Source of the DNA: Malacoraja senta
Taxonomy: Eukaryota
Direction: 5' to 3'
Assembly (NCBI GenBank): GCA_038087875.1
Contig: CM075988.1
Coordinates: 18,354,001-18,418,000, forward strand
DNA: 64,000 nucleotides
Every line of letters begins with the position of its first letter. Positions within the stretch are counted from its first letter, which is position 1. Positions 63,126-64,000 of the stretch are shown here, piece after piece. A model generated the notes under the pieces. The model saw only the letters and a list, made by a program, of their open reading frames with translations, was not told where the DNA came from and did not search any database. The translations under genes were made by a program, and so were the position numbers.

Positions 63126-63739
63126 GACACTTCCACTGACTGCCCCAAGTTCCCCATTGTAAATTCTCGTAATGTGATCTGCCAGAGCCATCTCCTGTCC
63201 TCTTTTTGCTCTCCTGATCCCTGGAATCTCACAATCTCATGGGATTCGTAGCCGGGGGGAAAGGGCACAACTCCTTGGCATAGAGCAGGACCAATCCCTT
63301 CTCCATGACAGTATTGGCAGCACAGATCAGTGTTGTTGTTTCCCCCCCCCCCCCCCCCCCATCAGCGGCCAGTCCAAGTGATCCGCTTTACCCGACCTGG
63401 GACCAAGAGGAACAGCTGGGCTGGTGCATACCGGAGTGTTTACGGATCAATCCCCTGGGCTCTGCCAGGCCAGCAGCAGTTGCTACCACAGCCCCATCCA
63501 TGCACCAGGGACTGCTTTCAAAACCCAAACATCACAAAGCACAGCTGTTCCAACTAGTTCACAGTGAAGTGAAGGACACAGACACAATGAGCCACACTAC
63601 CACACCCCAGCCGCACAGCGCAGGTGGCAACAAGGCCCGTCAGCACTCTGCCAGATACCCACACTCTGTAGCAGCCTTTGCTCACATTCCACTGCCTTCT
63701 CAGCACTGCCCAGCAGCGAATATCTAAGACCCACTACAC

Positions 63740-64000
63740 TCTTACCACACTCTCATCTCGCTGCTACCATCGGGAAAGGCCCAGGAGCCTGAAAACCGTG
63801 ACCTCCAGGTTCAAGAACAGCTTCTTCCCAGCATAAAATCAGGCTTCTGAACATTGACGGCCTCCACAGCCGTCTGTGGCAATGAATTCCGCAGATTCAC
63901 CACCCTCTGACCAAAGAAGTTCCTCCTCTCTCCTTTCTAAAGGTTCGTCCGTTTATTCTGAGGCTGCGGCCTGTGGTCCTCGACTCTCCCACTAGTGGAA
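63740..64000. mobile_element. Rex1/Babar 3' fragment (plus, to about 63853) then CR1 fragment (minus, runs off the window)
   Basis: LLPSG...RFKNSFFPA motif, then the reverse complement of the RVVNL.NSLPQ region. Confidence 0.75.

Noticed and set aside
63305..63727. 140-aa ORF after a poly-C tract
   Set aside because: No recognisable domain and no clear donor site; the proline run comes from the homopolymer.
1..64000. Autonomous intact transposon or prokaryotic system
   Set aside because: All RT and endonuclease matches are short, truncated or frameshifted; no long ORFs or operon-like organisation.

Overview
A eukaryotic, very repeat-dense, apparently non-coding window (intron or intergenic). 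The repeat set points to a cartilaginous fish, probably a skate or ray; this is inference. No host protein-coding exon could be identified with confidence. The ORFs I could explain come from retroelement fragments, tandem repeats or palindromes; the rest are short and unrecognisable. Content: roughly 35-40 copies or fragments of a tRNA-headed V-SINE (HE1-like); many 5'-truncated CR1 LINE ends; Rex1/Babar, L2 and L1-like fragments; one RTE-derived short element; several DNA-transposon MITEs; and a 200-N assembly gap. Highlights: (1) the second most abundant repeat is the terminal repeat (pLTR) of a Penelope-like element, linked here to a GIY-YIG C-terminal remnant at 17807-17949. It carries a minimal hammerhead-ribozyme core (CUGAAGA-stem II-GAAA-CGUC) and occurs as solo units, tandem dimers and fold-back inverted dimers. 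(2) A 2.3-kb hAT-like element with a 5-bp TSD contains a perfect 75-bp-arm palindrome. (3) An ~0.85-kb inverted duplication brackets a unique enhancer-like spacer. (4) A 0.44-kb displaced direct duplication. (5) Several nested insertions with readable TSDs. Repeat boundaries were read by eye and are approximate unless TSD/TIR coordinates are given.
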